This document shows, in pieces, positions 8,726-20,000 of a DNA stretch of 64,000 nt (positions within the stretch are counted from its first letter, which is position 1; each line of letters opens with the position of its first letter). The translations under genes and the position numbers were made by a program. A model generated the notes under the pieces. The model had not been told where the DNA came from. It searched no databases and was given only the letters and a program-made list of their open reading frames with translations. The stretch is from Paramoeba atlantica (taxonomy: Eukaryota > Protista > Discosea): the NCBI GenBank assembly GCA_977017575.1, contig CDRNVI010000093.1, positions 29,571-93,570 of the forward strand. The letters run 5' to 3'.

Positions 8726-10582
8726 CTAGTTTTCTGTAATTTCATTTTCTGACACACCAGAATCAGAAACAAATGGCTCTATAGTAAATTCCATGTACGT
8801 TACGGGATATGAAATATCAAAATTGCTTAGGACCTCGGGATGTAATACGCCGATACATCCAATGTTCTGCATAGAAGAATCTTTCCGCGTGTTAATTACG
8901 ATATCAGCCCCTCGTCCAGGTAAAAAGAAATCTTGATCGTCTGATTTCATAACATTGAGCTTTGGGACTTCCAACTTTTCCATTATGTGTTCAAGTACCC
9001 CACGTAAACAATGAAAAGCACTGCGATCGGCCGTGCAACATAAAGCCGCGACATGTCTTTTGTTCCGGGCTCCCGTGCGAGCGGTCACATCCTTCAAAAC
9101 CACGTCAGTGACCTCAAATAACTGTATTGGAAGTGCATGGTGTAAATTATGTATTAAGAAACGTAATGTTCCTGGAAGTAGAGAAGTCCGACAAATTTGA
9201 TAATCATGCGTTTTAGGATTTGCGATTTGTACCGCCGAGTTGTCCTCTTTGCGGCGCAACATTCGGGATGTCTCATCACGACTGCAGAGACTGGTAGTCA
9301 GAATCTCGCTGTAGCCACAGGTAGCGATTTCGAGACGAAGTAAGTGAGATAGTTTTTCCAGTCTGTTTTGCGTTCCTGAGCTCAAAGTAGGAACAATCGG
9401 ATCCCGTTGCACAAGTTTATCATATCCAAAAGCAATCGCAACGTCTTCCATAATGTCACACTCGTGCAGAATATCCGGTCGCTGTATAGGTACTTGCACT
9501 TCCAGTAGATCGTCATTTGAACTCGGATCGGCTTCGATTTGCATTTTACGAAGCAGTGATGCACAGATTGAAGGAGTGAGCTCTTCGTGAAAAAGGCCTA
9601 TTTGCGTCGCAAGTCTACTTGTGCTGCACGTCATGCTTCTACTTCCAAGGCTAGGGGTAAGCTCAGATTTTCTCCCGTCTTCGTACTTCAGTTCAACTGG
9701 TTCAATGGTAAAGGGATCCTTACAATACATTGAAAAGGAGGCTACCAGCAGTTGAAGTAGATTGTCTGTTTTTTTCTTGTCTACTCCTGTGCACTCAATA
9801 AAGACATCCCGAGTGGAAAGAGAGATTGCGCTGTAAGCCGAATTTATTATGGGGGGGAGGGAAAGCACTTCCGGCACGGAATCTCTGACTATCGGGTAAT
9901 TTGGGAACGGGGAAAGCAGAGATACGTACTTCGATATAAATTTGTCATCCTTGTAATATTCTGCAAGTCCGTTTTCGGCGCAACTCAATGTGGTGCTCTG
10001 CTTCAATGGGACGAACTGGATCACATTTCTCGGCTGTGCATCGTAGAAAAATGGAGGACGTATTTTGGAGAGGTCATGTGTTCCAACTGAGGCTAAACTT
10101 CGTCGACGTGCCAAACTTTGGTGAAGTTTATCCTGAAAGTCTATGAAAGATGCTAAGGAAGTGGTCGTAAAATTAAGCTCTCGCAAAATTGCGCACGATA
10201 TGAACTCCCGAACATGCTTCACAGAACGCATAACGTGGACAGTAACCAAGGAAGAAGGGCGGATTAATCGATGACATGGCGTTGGAATGAGACCTAGAAA
10301 AACTTTTAGTGCAACAGCCATGCCTTCGACACTTAGGAGGTCATGCCGATTCGCGGGACAATCGATCTTAAAAATGATATCGTTATTTTCAGCAGAGAAG
10401 TCGCTCGTGCGAGCAATCTTCTCTCCCATCTCTTTCGCTTTCATTTCTTCTGGGGTAGTTATCTCATCGAGTTCCACACCGAAGCGAAAGCAGATGTCGG
10501 CGAATTCTACGTCAGAAAATGTTTTTCCAAGAAGCTCAAATAGATATGAGCGGATGCAAGTCAGGGTGGGCATAAAAAGCAA
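8726..10582 (-). CDS. FARSB: Phenylalanyl-tRNA synthetase beta subunit (cytosolic); probable start at 10573 (MPTL)
   Basis: MPT..., FGVELDE, IDCPANRHDLLSVEG, RRRSLASVGTHDL, RPDILHECDIMEDVAIAFGY and CRTSLLPG. Confidence 0.97.
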   Translation of the reverse strand: MLFMPTLTCIRSYLFELLGKTFSDVEFADICFRFGVELDEITTPEEMKAKEMGEKIARTSDFSAENNDIIFKIDCPANRHDLLSVEGMAVALKVFLGLIPTPCHRLIRPSSLVTVHVMRSVKHVREFISCAILRELNFTTTSLASFIDFQDKLHQSLARRRSLASVGTHDLSKIRPPFFYDAQPRNVIQFVPLKQSTTLSCAENGLAEYYKDDKFISKYVSLLSPFPNYPIVRDSVPEVLSLPPIINSAYSAISLSTRDVFIECTGVDKKKTDNLLQLLVASFSMYCKDPFTIEPVELKYEDGRKSELTPSLGSRSMTCSTSRLATQIGLFHEELTPSICASLLRKMQIEADPSSNDDLLEVQVPIQRPDILHECDIMEDVAIAFGYDKLVQRDPIVPTLSSGTQNRLEKLSHLLRLEIATCGYSEILTTSLCSRDETSRMLRRKEDNSAVQIANPKTHDYQICRTSLLPGTLRFLIHNLHHALPIQLFEVTDVVLKDVTARTGARNKRHVAALCCTADRSAFHCLRGVLEHIMEKLEVPKLNVMKSDDQDFFLPGRGADIVINTRKDSSMQNIGCIGVLHPEVLSNFDISYPVTYMEFTIEPFVSDSGVSENEITEN

Positions 10583-10758
10583 GTACTTCTATAAGATTTT
10601 TGTGGATATCTGTCATGTATCATATTCAAGATGAAATATGTTTTCTTTTAATTCTGACTAATTAATTCAAGAAATGAGACCAAAATTTATTTGCCAAAAA
10701 CAATATGGTCAAAATGTGGTCTCCTGCTGTAGATCATCACAGTAGGGTGTTAGAGCGT

Positions 10759-11901
10759 CTACGATAATATATTACTACTTTGAAGCAGAAAATTTGATCT
10801 AGCCTGAGCTATGATGTTTGCCGCACAGTTGGGTAGCGTGTCAATAGAATTTCCACAACTATCCCCCAGTTTCACGCGCAGCTCTGGGTAGTGAGCAAAG
10901 AGGTGAAACAAAAGTTTAAACAAATGTGCTTTCACGTGCGAGGCAACAGCTCCGTACCTTTGACTGTACTCTAGGTAACGCCGTACAACATCTTCTACTG
11001 TATCAATCAAGCACACGTCAAGAGGCAATAGTTTTTTATACCTACCGTTGTACAAGATTTGACCAGTGGGTTTTAAAAAAAGTCGGGGATCGTACAACAG
11101 ACCTTCCGCAGACAATATGCCTGCACATCCGGTCGCGCGTAGACAATGTTCCACATCGTCTCCAGTTAAAATATTACCATTCGCCAGCACGGGAACGTAC
11201 GGCAATGCCTCTCGAATGGCTCGAATTTGCTCCCAATCCGCAAGACTTGTCTGTGCTCCTTTCATCTCTCGCGTTCTTCCATGCACGGCCAGCATCCACG
11301 CCCCCGCCTCTACCACCATCCGAGCATACGCGACTGTTTTCTCCACATCCGGGTAAACCCTAATCTTCGCCGTCACCGGAACCCTCAACTCCACCGCAAG
11401 CGTGTGAATGATCCTATGAATCAACGCCCAATCCTCCATTAGAAAACTCCCATAGTGTCCACGTCGTGCAATCCCTTGAGGACACCCTAAATTCAAGTCC
11501 ACCGCATCACAGTGGTTCTCAACATACTGTGCCGCGGACAGTACGGTTGTTGGGGAGTTCCCACAGAACTGAACCACCAGCGGTCGGTCCCCTTCACACG
11601 TCGTAAACTCACGTCGGCGGTAGACCTCACTGTGGGAAAACTGCGCACTGTGGAACATCGGGGTGTAGCACAGCTCGGCGCCGTAGGACCGGCACAGCAT
11701 GCGAAACGCTAATGCGCTCTGGTCCACCATGGGGGCCAGGACGTAGCGGGGGGACCGGAGTGCGTCGCGGTAGAAAGACCAGCGGCTCGGGTAGTGTTGG
11801 CGCGCGAGGGGGGGAAAGGGCTCGTCACGGGTTGCGTAGGGGTTCTCGGCGCAGTAGGGACAATCGTTGGAGATATCGGAGAGGGAAGTGGGGGGTGCCA
11901 T
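10759..11901 (-). CDS. DUS1: tRNA-dihydrouridine synthase 1-like
   Basis: VLAPMVDQSALAFRML, DRPLVVQFCGN, DLNLGCPQGIARRGHYGSFL, VHGRTRE and PVLANGNI. Confidence 0.93.
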   Translation of the reverse strand: MAPPTSLSDISNDCPYCAENPYATRDEPFPPLARQHYPSRWSFYRDALRSPRYVLAPMVDQSALAFRMLCRSYGAELCYTPMFHSAQFSHSEVYRRREFTTCEGDRPLVVQFCGNSPTTVLSAAQYVENHCDAVDLNLGCPQGIARRGHYGSFLMEDWALIHRIIHTLAVELRVPVTAKIRVYPDVEKTVAYARMVVEAGAWMLAVHGRTREMKGAQTSLADWEQIRAIREALPYVPVLANGNILTGDDVEHCLRATGCAGILSAEGLLYDPRLFLKPTGQILYNGRYKKLLPLDVCLIDTVEDVVRRYLEYSQRYGAVASHVKAHLFKLLFHLFAHYPELRVKLGDSCGNSIDTLPNCAANIIAQARSNFLLQSSNILS

Positions 11902-12356
11902 CCGGGGGGGAGTTAAAGAAGTGGGTAAGGGAGGTAGGGTTGTGTTGAAGAGTGCATGTTACGGTAGTGATAAAGACGACGGTGAATATTCATGTGAAGT
12001 TCTATATTTTCGTTTCCGAACGTTTTTCTTTTTTTATCTCGTGCGCATTGCTGGTCATTATTTCTGGTATTTTGGTCTTTTTCAAAAGTTGGCTGGGTCA
12101 GAGATTCAGTAAAGTTATTGTGCTATAGCTTTTTAGAAAGGCATTTTTTATAATACGAATACGAGTAATAAGGGGTGCTATTTTACTAAAAATGCCAAGC
12201 ACTATTCTTATTCGGCATAAGTGGCACTAAAGTTTGTATGGGAAACGCTTTTGTTACGGGGCTCATAGAAGTAACTTTACATGCTTGACTTTTTTAAAAT
12301 AATATGTGACGTTTCCCTTGGACGGCTTTAAAGAGGTTATGCAAAAAGGAACAGCA

Positions 12357-13226
12357 TTATTCTTTGTTGATCATATTCTCAGATGTCTCAGCAAGCTCTA
12401 CAGGTGTCGCAGCGGCACGCAACAGTTCTGCCTCTTCACCCTTGCTTAAATTCAAACCTTCTTGTCTCATTTTCAAAAGTATAATAAGAACCTTTTTTAC
12501 TTCTTGTTGTGCAATTAAGCGGTCAATCAGGCGCAAGTAAGTACCGCGTTTGTCGGGCACATTGTGGAATAAGATGGATCCATCGTTATCGTTGGTTATT
12601 GCAGGTCTTGTGCGACTTGTTCTCATCATTTCATTGTATCGCTTGTATATCGACTGAATGTGGTATCGGTCCAAGTTGAGGTTCCGTATATAGGGACGAA
12701 TAAAGGAGTATTGGCCAAAGAATAGCTTGAAATCTACCACCAAATCTTTTATTACAGGCATGTTCGGCAGTGGTCCAACAACTGTATGTTTCTGGGCATA
12801 AGTAACACAGGCAAGTGAGTTTACACCATTTATATTCATTGCACAACTACCACATACCCCCTCGCAGCATGAAGCTCGAAAGGCTAGGCTTGGGTCTTGG
12901 TGAGCTTTTACCGCGACTAATAGATCGAGTACCATAAAGTCATTTGTCTTCTTGAAAGAATAACTGTCAAGTTTCTGAGTGTTGCACGACGGATCAAAGC
13001 GCGAGATCTGCAACACGCCGTTTGCATTTTCTGACATTGGGTTCAGATTATCACTTTCTTCGACATTCGTAATTTCTGCGCTGGTACTGGACTGATGTCT
13101 CAAGCCGCTCTGATATAACAGAAAGGTGGATCGGTGTCTAGAGGAGGTCACAAGAGAAGATATGCTTGTACTCGCTACAGCTCTCAAAAAGGGTGACATT
13201 ATAAAAATATTATGTAGCGATTCCAA
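12357..13226 (-). CDS. SDH2N: Succinate dehydrogenase iron-sulfur subunit, N-terminal half (split SDH2N); probable start at 13199
   Basis: The [2Fe-2S] motif FRASCCEGVCGSCAMNING..SLAC and PLPNMPVIKDLVVD are present. The C-terminal 4Fe-4S/3Fe-4S Cys motifs are absent, as in euglenozoan split SDH2. Confidence 0.92.
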   Translation of the reverse strand: MESLHNIFIMSPFLRAVASTSISSLVTSSRHRSTFLLYQSGLRHQSSTSAEITNVEESDNLNPMSENANGVLQISRFDPSCNTQKLDSYSFKKTNDFMVLDLLVAVKAHQDPSLAFRASCCEGVCGSCAMNINGVNSLACVTYAQKHTVVGPLPNMPVIKDLVVDFKLFFGQYSFIRPYIRNLNLDRYHIQSIYKRYNEMMRTSRTRPAITNDNDGSILFHNVPDKRGTYLRLIDRLIAQQEVKKVLIILLKMRQEGLNLSKGEEAELLRAAATPVELAETSENMINKE

Positions 13227-13457
13227 AAGGGGTGCGTAATCCCTTTAAAAAACGAATGTGTAGTACCATATTTTTTTAATGAATTAAATTGTAAGCCGCT
13301 GCAATTTTGATTAACAGTATAACAGAGCCTCAAGTTACGTTGTCATATCATAAACTGTATACCAAAACAAAATAGTACTTTCAAAATCGAAAATTAGGCA
13401 ACCCTTTAAGAAAATTCCTTTTGAAGTCATTGTAATATAAAAGGAAATACGAAGCAA

Positions 13458-14840
13458 TTATCGACTTTTCTTTCTACGAGACTTTTTGACGCTTGATTTA
13501 ATCGAGTTCTCTAATTCCTTGGTATTGGAGGTTTCTTTTACATAATCGCCGAACGTATCTAATTTTTTTTTGCGAAGGTGAAGTCTTTCCCCTATTGAAA
13601 GTTTTTTAGTATCTGGGCTAACTGAGCTTTGTGCTTCATTTCGCGCTTTTGTGGAGTTTGATGCTCGCCATTTTTTTGTGTTAAAGTCTTTCGTAGAACC
13701 TCTGCGTAAGCGCTTATTTGTTGTGCCTTCCATGTTTTCGCCGAATTCACTTCCGTCCAGCACTTCCTCCTCGGATGACCTCGTTCGCCGAGACCTACTA
13801 GCGGCACTTGGCTTAGTTTGCTTATTTTGAAAGATCAGTTCATTCGTAGAACTGATACTTGTGGTCCGATGTAATCGATCTTTATTGCGCGGTGTGCTAA
13901 TTAATTCCTCAGCACTTCGAGGGGTCGGTAATGAGTGCATATTAAAGTGCTCATTCGTAATCACCCGCTTAAATTCCGAGGGGGTAAACGATAGCCGTAC
14001 ACCATTCGTAGAGGAGGGTGAAAAGTCAGCATCCAAGGTAGTAGTGTTCAAGTTTGGACGATCTTCGTTTGACGAACAGCTATGAAGGTAAGAGTTTTCC
14101 GAATGATATCCGCTCCTGCCATCATGCGCCCAAGGTGTTTGCTGCTCCAAAGCATCAGAAAAAGGTGTCATGGGTGTAATGGCAACAGAGTGTGCATGCG
14201 TAAAAGTCATTTGACAAGCTCTGTCCTCGGAATTGCTCTCTGCTGATTTAGTAGAAAGCTCAACTACTTCCCGCGGCGATTCAGTCTGCGAACCACAACT
14301 CACAGTTTGTGTGTAATGCGAACTTCTAATCCCCAGATCGTTGTAAGAATCCTTTACGAAGGGAACATCGCAACGATTCTCTGGTGATGGTACCTCGTAT
14401 GTGGTGTAAACTGTTGAGTAGCGGTTTGATAGCGTTTTCGACATAGTAGATCTTGACTCTGAGTCGAGAGCTAAATGCTGCCCTTTTAACTGAGCCACAT
14501 ATAGTTGAGAACACAGCAGGCGCAGACGAGTTAGCTCGGATCGGGATTCACTTAACTGACTAACAGCTGATGCAAGTCTCGCTTGGACTTCCTTGATGTC
14601 TTTTTCTCCTTCGAAACGCCCAGCGGATAAATCAGAATTGTGCGCTGAAATTTTCGGGAAAGTACTCTCACTCGAAATCACGGTCGGGTTAAAGGTAATC
14701 ATCGAATGACAAAGAGTAGCATATCTGAGTTCAAGAATCACATAATATCTATTTCGATTGTTTGTGTTTCGATTAAGTTTCAATAGCTCTAAACAATTTG
14801 TATACATTTTCGTATTTACGTATTGTATACTAGCATCCAT
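13458..14840 (-). CDS. Hypothetical protein: short coiled coil, Ser/Thr-rich disordered body and basic C-terminus; alternative start at 14702
   Basis: 460-aa ORF on the cluster strand; heptad-like IKEVQARLASAVSQLSESRSELTRLRLL and an NLS-like KKSRRKKSR. Confidence 0.75.
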   Translation of the reverse strand: MDASIQYVNTKMYTNCLELLKLNRNTNNRNRYYVILELRYATLCHSMITFNPTVISSESTFPKISAHNSDLSAGRFEGEKDIKEVQARLASAVSQLSESRSELTRLRLLCSQLYVAQLKGQHLALDSESRSTMSKTLSNRYSTVYTTYEVPSPENRCDVPFVKDSYNDLGIRSSHYTQTVSCGSQTESPREVVELSTKSAESNSEDRACQMTFTHAHSVAITPMTPFSDALEQQTPWAHDGRSGYHSENSYLHSCSSNEDRPNLNTTTLDADFSPSSTNGVRLSFTPSEFKRVITNEHFNMHSLPTPRSAEELISTPRNKDRLHRTTSISSTNELIFQNKQTKPSAASRSRRTRSSEEEVLDGSEFGENMEGTTNKRLRRGSTKDFNTKKWRASNSTKARNEAQSSVSPDTKKLSIGERLHLRKKKLDTFGDYVKETSNTKELENSIKSSVKKSRRKKSR

Positions 14841-14854
14841 ACATTATTATATTA

Positions 14855-14944
14855 CTGTGACCCCCCCTTTATACTTCGCCTATTTTGAGCAGTAACGAAG
14901 TATAAAGGGGGGCCTGACCAGCGAAATATAAAGGGGGGTCACAG
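14855..14944. mobile_element. 90-bp TA-flanked miniature inverted-repeat element (micro-MITE) with a duplicated right TIR
   Basis: TA|CTGTGACCCCCCCTTTATACTTCG...CGAAATATAAAGGGGGGTCACAG|TA, plus an internal second TIR copy CGAAGTATAAAGGGGGG at 14896-14912. Confidence 0.75.
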
Positions 14945-14951
14945 TATTTGT

Positions 14952-16667
14952 CTATTTCCGGCTCCTATAGAATATATCTCCATTCAAATATTCTTTTTCT
15001 GCGTGTCGAACCATGAAATCCTCGAACACTTTTTCTATGGACGCAGCTGAGTTCGCGAAAGACTGATAAGCAAACGAACGAGTGCATAGGAACAGAAGAG
15101 GAAACGCTGGATCGGGATAGTTTCTTGTTTCTGAATCACTTCTCCAAGCGTAAGGATGTGGCGTGGGGTGATCTAAATTTTCCGTCTCTTTATCAAACAA
15201 TATCATTGGGATGTTTGGACTGTGTTCGAAGGAAACCTGTGCATCGATTGTATTTGAAATCCCATTCAAATCTTCAATGGGAATGGAACACGAGGGTCGG
15301 AAAACTGGAAGTAAGAAAGGTAAAATCTCTCTTTTAGACCACCTACTTCGCAGCTGAAAAAGTGTTTGTAGCATATGCAAGGCACTACCCTTTGGGAGGT
15401 GGTCAGGATAGCAATATTGCCACGTCAACGGAGATTCCGAATTTGTATTTTGTTCGCATTCCGCAACGCTAGGTTCAAGAGTGCGAACTGCAATGCCTCC
15501 AAGGATTTCATCTAGTGTATCAAACAAAGTGAGCACACCACCGGACTTACAATGTTGTGTCGATTCAGAGGAAGGATCTACTCCGGAACCTTGCGCCACA
15601 CATAAAGCTATATCTGGATGTAAGGAACTCTTCAATGCTTCTAATAGCTTCTCGTCATTGAGAGGGACAGCTCCATCTTGTAAAATCAACGCCGTCTTAT
15701 GCTGGATATAGGATCGCAGGCAAAGATGGAGACCAACCAGAAAGGATGAGCATTTCTTTTCCAGACGTTTTGGTATTATAATGTGCCTTTCATCCACATG
15801 TATTCTACGATACATTCCAAATCTCTCCGCCGCGAATTGCAACACTTTTAGCGGAAAGATTTCATGAAGGGCATCAACGGCGACGTAGAGCGGAACACGG
15901 TCTATTCTCCCGTCGAGTTCTTCGTATGGTGTCTGCATACGTGCCGCCGACAACTGGGCTATCATTGCGTCAATGACTTCATCTAAGACGCGCGGGTGAA
16001 GACGTTGCAATGTGGCGGATGAGAATAGTCGAAGCCCCTCCCTTAGAAGTTCATTCTTAATTTCTTGACTACTTGCGCTTGCTGCTGCATAGTATTTTTC
16101 AGGAGTGTATCCACCCCGTTGTACTTCGGGTCCCTTTGACACTGCCCGGGCAGTTTTGTATGACAAATCTGATGCCAGAGCAGGAAAAGTGCTTTGGTCC
16201 TGAGTAAGCTCGTAATACGCGCAATTTTGAATCATTGAGTAGATTACTGAGAAGTCGGGTCGTATACGTTCGAGTGATGCGGCAAACGAGCTATTTGGGC
16301 TCCACCAAACAGTGAGTGATATATTTTCACCAGAATTGTGCAATACTGGTCCGAGCAACAAGGTTGAGCTGTGCTCCGTCTTTGTAATACGGTATGTTCC
16401 TTCACTAGTGCACGCTACAGCTGGATTAGGCTGAGTACGGCTTTTCGCATCTTTTTCAATGTTTGATGTTTCTTCCACATCCCTTGTAATGCCTCTAAGG
16501 CTCAAATTTACGACATCCTTAAGTACCTCTGGCCTATATTGTGGCACTAGTAAATGCAAAGGAATGTCAAATAGAAAGAGTTCTTCAGAATCAACCGAAT
16601 TACTCTCGGCAGAGTTGTATTCTTGCCTAATTTGGCCACTATTGTTTTGACTCCAATTTACTTGCAT
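14952..16667 (-). CDS. DCC1: Sister chromatid cohesion protein DCC1-like (Ctf18-RFC subunit)
   Basis: The N-terminal AVACTSEGTYRITKTEHSSTLLL and C-terminal YPDHLPKGSALHMLQTLFQLRSRWSKREILPFL recall the conserved DCC1 blocks (AVLCT..TY..SN.LL; LP....RF..LF....W...EI.P). Confidence 0.7.
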   Translation of the reverse strand: MQVNWSQNNSGQIRQEYNSAESNSVDSEELFLFDIPLHLLVPQYRPEVLKDVVNLSLRGITRDVEETSNIEKDAKSRTQPNPAVACTSEGTYRITKTEHSSTLLLGPVLHNSGENISLTVWWSPNSSFAASLERIRPDFSVIYSMIQNCAYYELTQDQSTFPALASDLSYKTARAVSKGPEVQRGGYTPEKYYAAASASSQEIKNELLREGLRLFSSATLQRLHPRVLDEVIDAMIAQLSAARMQTPYEELDGRIDRVPLYVAVDALHEIFPLKVLQFAAERFGMYRRIHVDERHIIIPKRLEKKCSSFLVGLHLCLRSYIQHKTALILQDGAVPLNDEKLLEALKSSLHPDIALCVAQGSGVDPSSESTQHCKSGGVLTLFDTLDEILGGIAVRTLEPSVAECEQNTNSESPLTWQYCYPDHLPKGSALHMLQTLFQLRSRWSKREILPFLLPVFRPSCSIPIEDLNGISNTIDAQVSFEHSPNIPMILFDKETENLDHPTPHPYAWRSDSETRNYPDPAFPLLFLCTRSFAYQSFANSAASIEKVFEDFMVRHAEKEYLNGDIFYRSRK

Positions 16668-17020
16668 TAATTATCCTGCAGGTCGAATTCTACGTGTCTA
16701 CTTGAATTTTATAGCATGAGATTCAAACTACAAAAGAAGTTCTTTTAAAGAAACCTAGGCTGTAAAGACGAGGGAGATACTAAAAGTTGTACCTTTGGTA
16801 AACTAACGGAAAAATGGAACGGTCTCTCTCGGCTTGCAAAGGATTCCAATGTTCCATACATAAAAAAGAAATTAGCGTGCAAAATGTTTCCATTTTTTCG
16901 GCTCGTCAAAGCGGATCACAGAACTCCTTACAGGTAGTTCTCAAAAGTCTAATGAAAAAAAAAATTAAATCAACGAAAACCCCGTTTGCTCTACCCTTTC
17001 TTCTATTCTGATGATATGCT

Positions 17021-20000
17021 TCATGAAGATCCACGTTGTCCCATAGATGAATGTAAACGTGCTACATGATACTTGTATCTAGCAACTGAGCTTCTAGAAA
17101 GTTTGAGCTCGTGCGTTTGATAGAATAACGCCATCCAATAATGAGTCAAAGGAGACGTTTGTTCCATAGTAGTATATACAGTTTCGATTACCCGTTGACT
17201 CGGGTGAGGTAGTTTTGCCGGGGCTCGTATGATGAGTGAAATAAGTGTTTTTAGCACCTCGTTAAGTAAATGCGTTTGAACTTTCGTTTTCGATATCGGG
17301 AACAGTTGCTCTAGGTGACTAGATGTTTCTTCTAACTTGTTGCTTTCAATGAATGTCGTCTTCTGTGTATTTAAGGGAAAAGATAAGACGATTATTCGCT
17401 GCATATGATGCAAGGCAATTTCCCAGGGGGTAACTTTTAGAAGCATTCTCGTGACAAAAATTTGTGTTTTGGGAAGAAATGGTACCTTCTCCTGCCAACA
17501 AAGCTGAAGCATTGTCAGGCAGTTTCTCCATCGTACGCCAATCTCAGAATATCTCTTCGTCGCAACATAGGCGTCGCAAGCAGACGATTCGTTCTCCCTT
17601 TCTATCAGTTCTTTTAACGAATAAGTGATCTTGAAACCGACTACACATGCCCAATTAAGAAGTGAAATGTACTTGGAAGGTCGCTCCTCTAAATTCGAAA
17701 GCCCGACTTCTATGCGCTTATTCTCCAATAGCGCTAAGGATCTCTGGTTCTTTTCGTCTAAAAGGTATCGACCATGTTGGCATAGTGATTTCCGCAAAAT
17801 TACAAACGCGGTTTTCAGACGCCTTAGCTTCCAGCATAACTGAATTCCTAGAATATTTATTTGCAGAATATACTGTGCACGAGCCGCTCTAATTTGCGCT
17901 GCCTGAGCTGTCTCCAATCCCTCATTATGAGATGTAAAGTCCAACTCATTCACTATTTTCAAAACAAATTGCCACATATTATGGCCCTGAGCAAGCGTGA
18001 AGCAAAGTGCTAATGTAGGATCATGCGATATATGCAGTTTATCACGTGGACGTTGACGTACTCTTTCTTTAATTTCGAGCAAAGGGCAACTTGTAGCTTT
18101 TTGTTCATTATAAAAATTATAGAGCCGAACACTTCGTTTCCATTGGCGCGCTTGATGTAGCAGGCATATCGTGGCGCCGATCGTTCTAGGTTGTAATGCA
18201 GCCTTTAATCCTAAATTCTGCCATACCTTTTTCCCATCGTCCAAGATATTGCTACATGCGGTACTCAAGAGGGCCATAGCCTTGTTCCAATTTCCGGGAC
18301 AAAATCGAGCCAGGCAAGAAAAAATAATATCGGCGAAAAGAATCTGAGGTGGAAAGCAGAAAGACTTGTCCTCAGTTCTTGTTGAGAAGACTAATTCAAG
18401 TGCACTCGACCAAGAGTCTGCAAATTCCGTACCAAATGAATGACTATTTGTGCTTTTGACAACGTTTTTTCCTATCGCTGACGGAAACGTCAAAAAACGA
18501 AGTAATCTCTGACAAAATTCGTAGGAGTACAAAGCAAGTGTCTCGCTACAGGCATGTGATTGCCCAGGAGAGGTGTTATTTACAATAGCTTCAACGGGCA
18601 GTGAATATGAAAGGCGCAATGCCCATCCCAACATCCTTATAGCTACATCAGTAGACAACGACGAGTGGTGTAGAGCACGTTTCTGCAGTAATTCTGCTAT
18701 AAAGGCACGGATAAGAAGAAATAAGTAGCCCTGCGATGATATTGAATGGGAGTCTGTCGCTCTACTCTGCGTAGACAGAGCGCGAAGCGCTGCTAAAGAC
18801 GATTTCCAATCCCCCGCGAAACTGGCAAGCCGTGCCAGTGGATTCCATATTGATACCCCGGATCTTTTTAGAAAGTCTGAGTAGTACATATTAGTAGGCA
18901 CGTCAAGAAAATTCTCCTGGTATGTCTTGTTTTGATCCCTACTCAAGGAATGTGTACGGTTGAGTGGCTCCCAACAAAATCGAATAAAAAGCGAGACTGG
19001 AATCTTGTATCTTATGAAATCTATGATTAGAGCCCATGCTTGTTCGTTCGCCATAAGTGCCGGATCCTTCTTGGCTATTAGATGAAGGTTTTCGCTCAAG
19101 TGGCTCAAAATATTCCAAAGTTTTTGACTTACCGGGCGACGCATAGCGAAGTTCAAGTCGTTTAAGGATTGTAATGTCGCGGGCAGGGATGACCCCCCTT
19201 CCAAAATTACGTTGCTGTCGCCTTCATGTGACTGAGTTGCGGTTCTTGAGCTCACGAGGCTTTGAAAAAGAAGTTGATAGTGATGCAAGAGTACTGCTAC
19301 TGGAATCAAAAAATCATCTGAATGCACGACAAACTGGTAAAGATAACTTGGTGCCAGTTTAGCCAATGCACTGATAATAATTTTGCGGAGCGCATCGTCG
19401 TCTCTGAGTTGTGATCCCATTTCAGGTGGAGATGTGTTCTCATTACACATCATGAGTACGTACTGCCAGCGTCCAAACTGCACTGCTGTAACTAATAGCA
19501 TTTCCAAGCAAGACTTTGATATTACTGTGTAGTCCAAAGCTGAAAATTGTTTTTTCTCTCCTGTTTTTCGATTCCTGATCTCATCAGTCTTTGGCGAAAC
19601 TGGAGATTTCGCAGATACTAATTTAGGTGAAGAAAGCAGAGCCTCAAAAAGAACAGTATCCGTGGAGCACATGATAAAGAGGCGAAGGACGGCACTTCGT
19701 AGAGGATCGGATACATATGGCTCACTGCGAACTTGATGCAAAACAATACGACAGCAATCCATCCAACGAGCCTTTTTTACAGCGACATCAAGACACAGCG
19801 TCAACGCCTCTTTCGACAAGCTCGTTTGCCGAATGTTGTGGTAAAACTTCATACATAGATCAGTCTTTGTATGAAGTGATCGGACCATACCATTTGCAAC
19901 AATCGAGAGCACAGGAGCGCATGTCGCTTTATATTGAGCAAACAGGTGGAGCGCGCATATCCACTGCACAGGCCTCTCAAGGCTCAAATTTGCGTATGAG

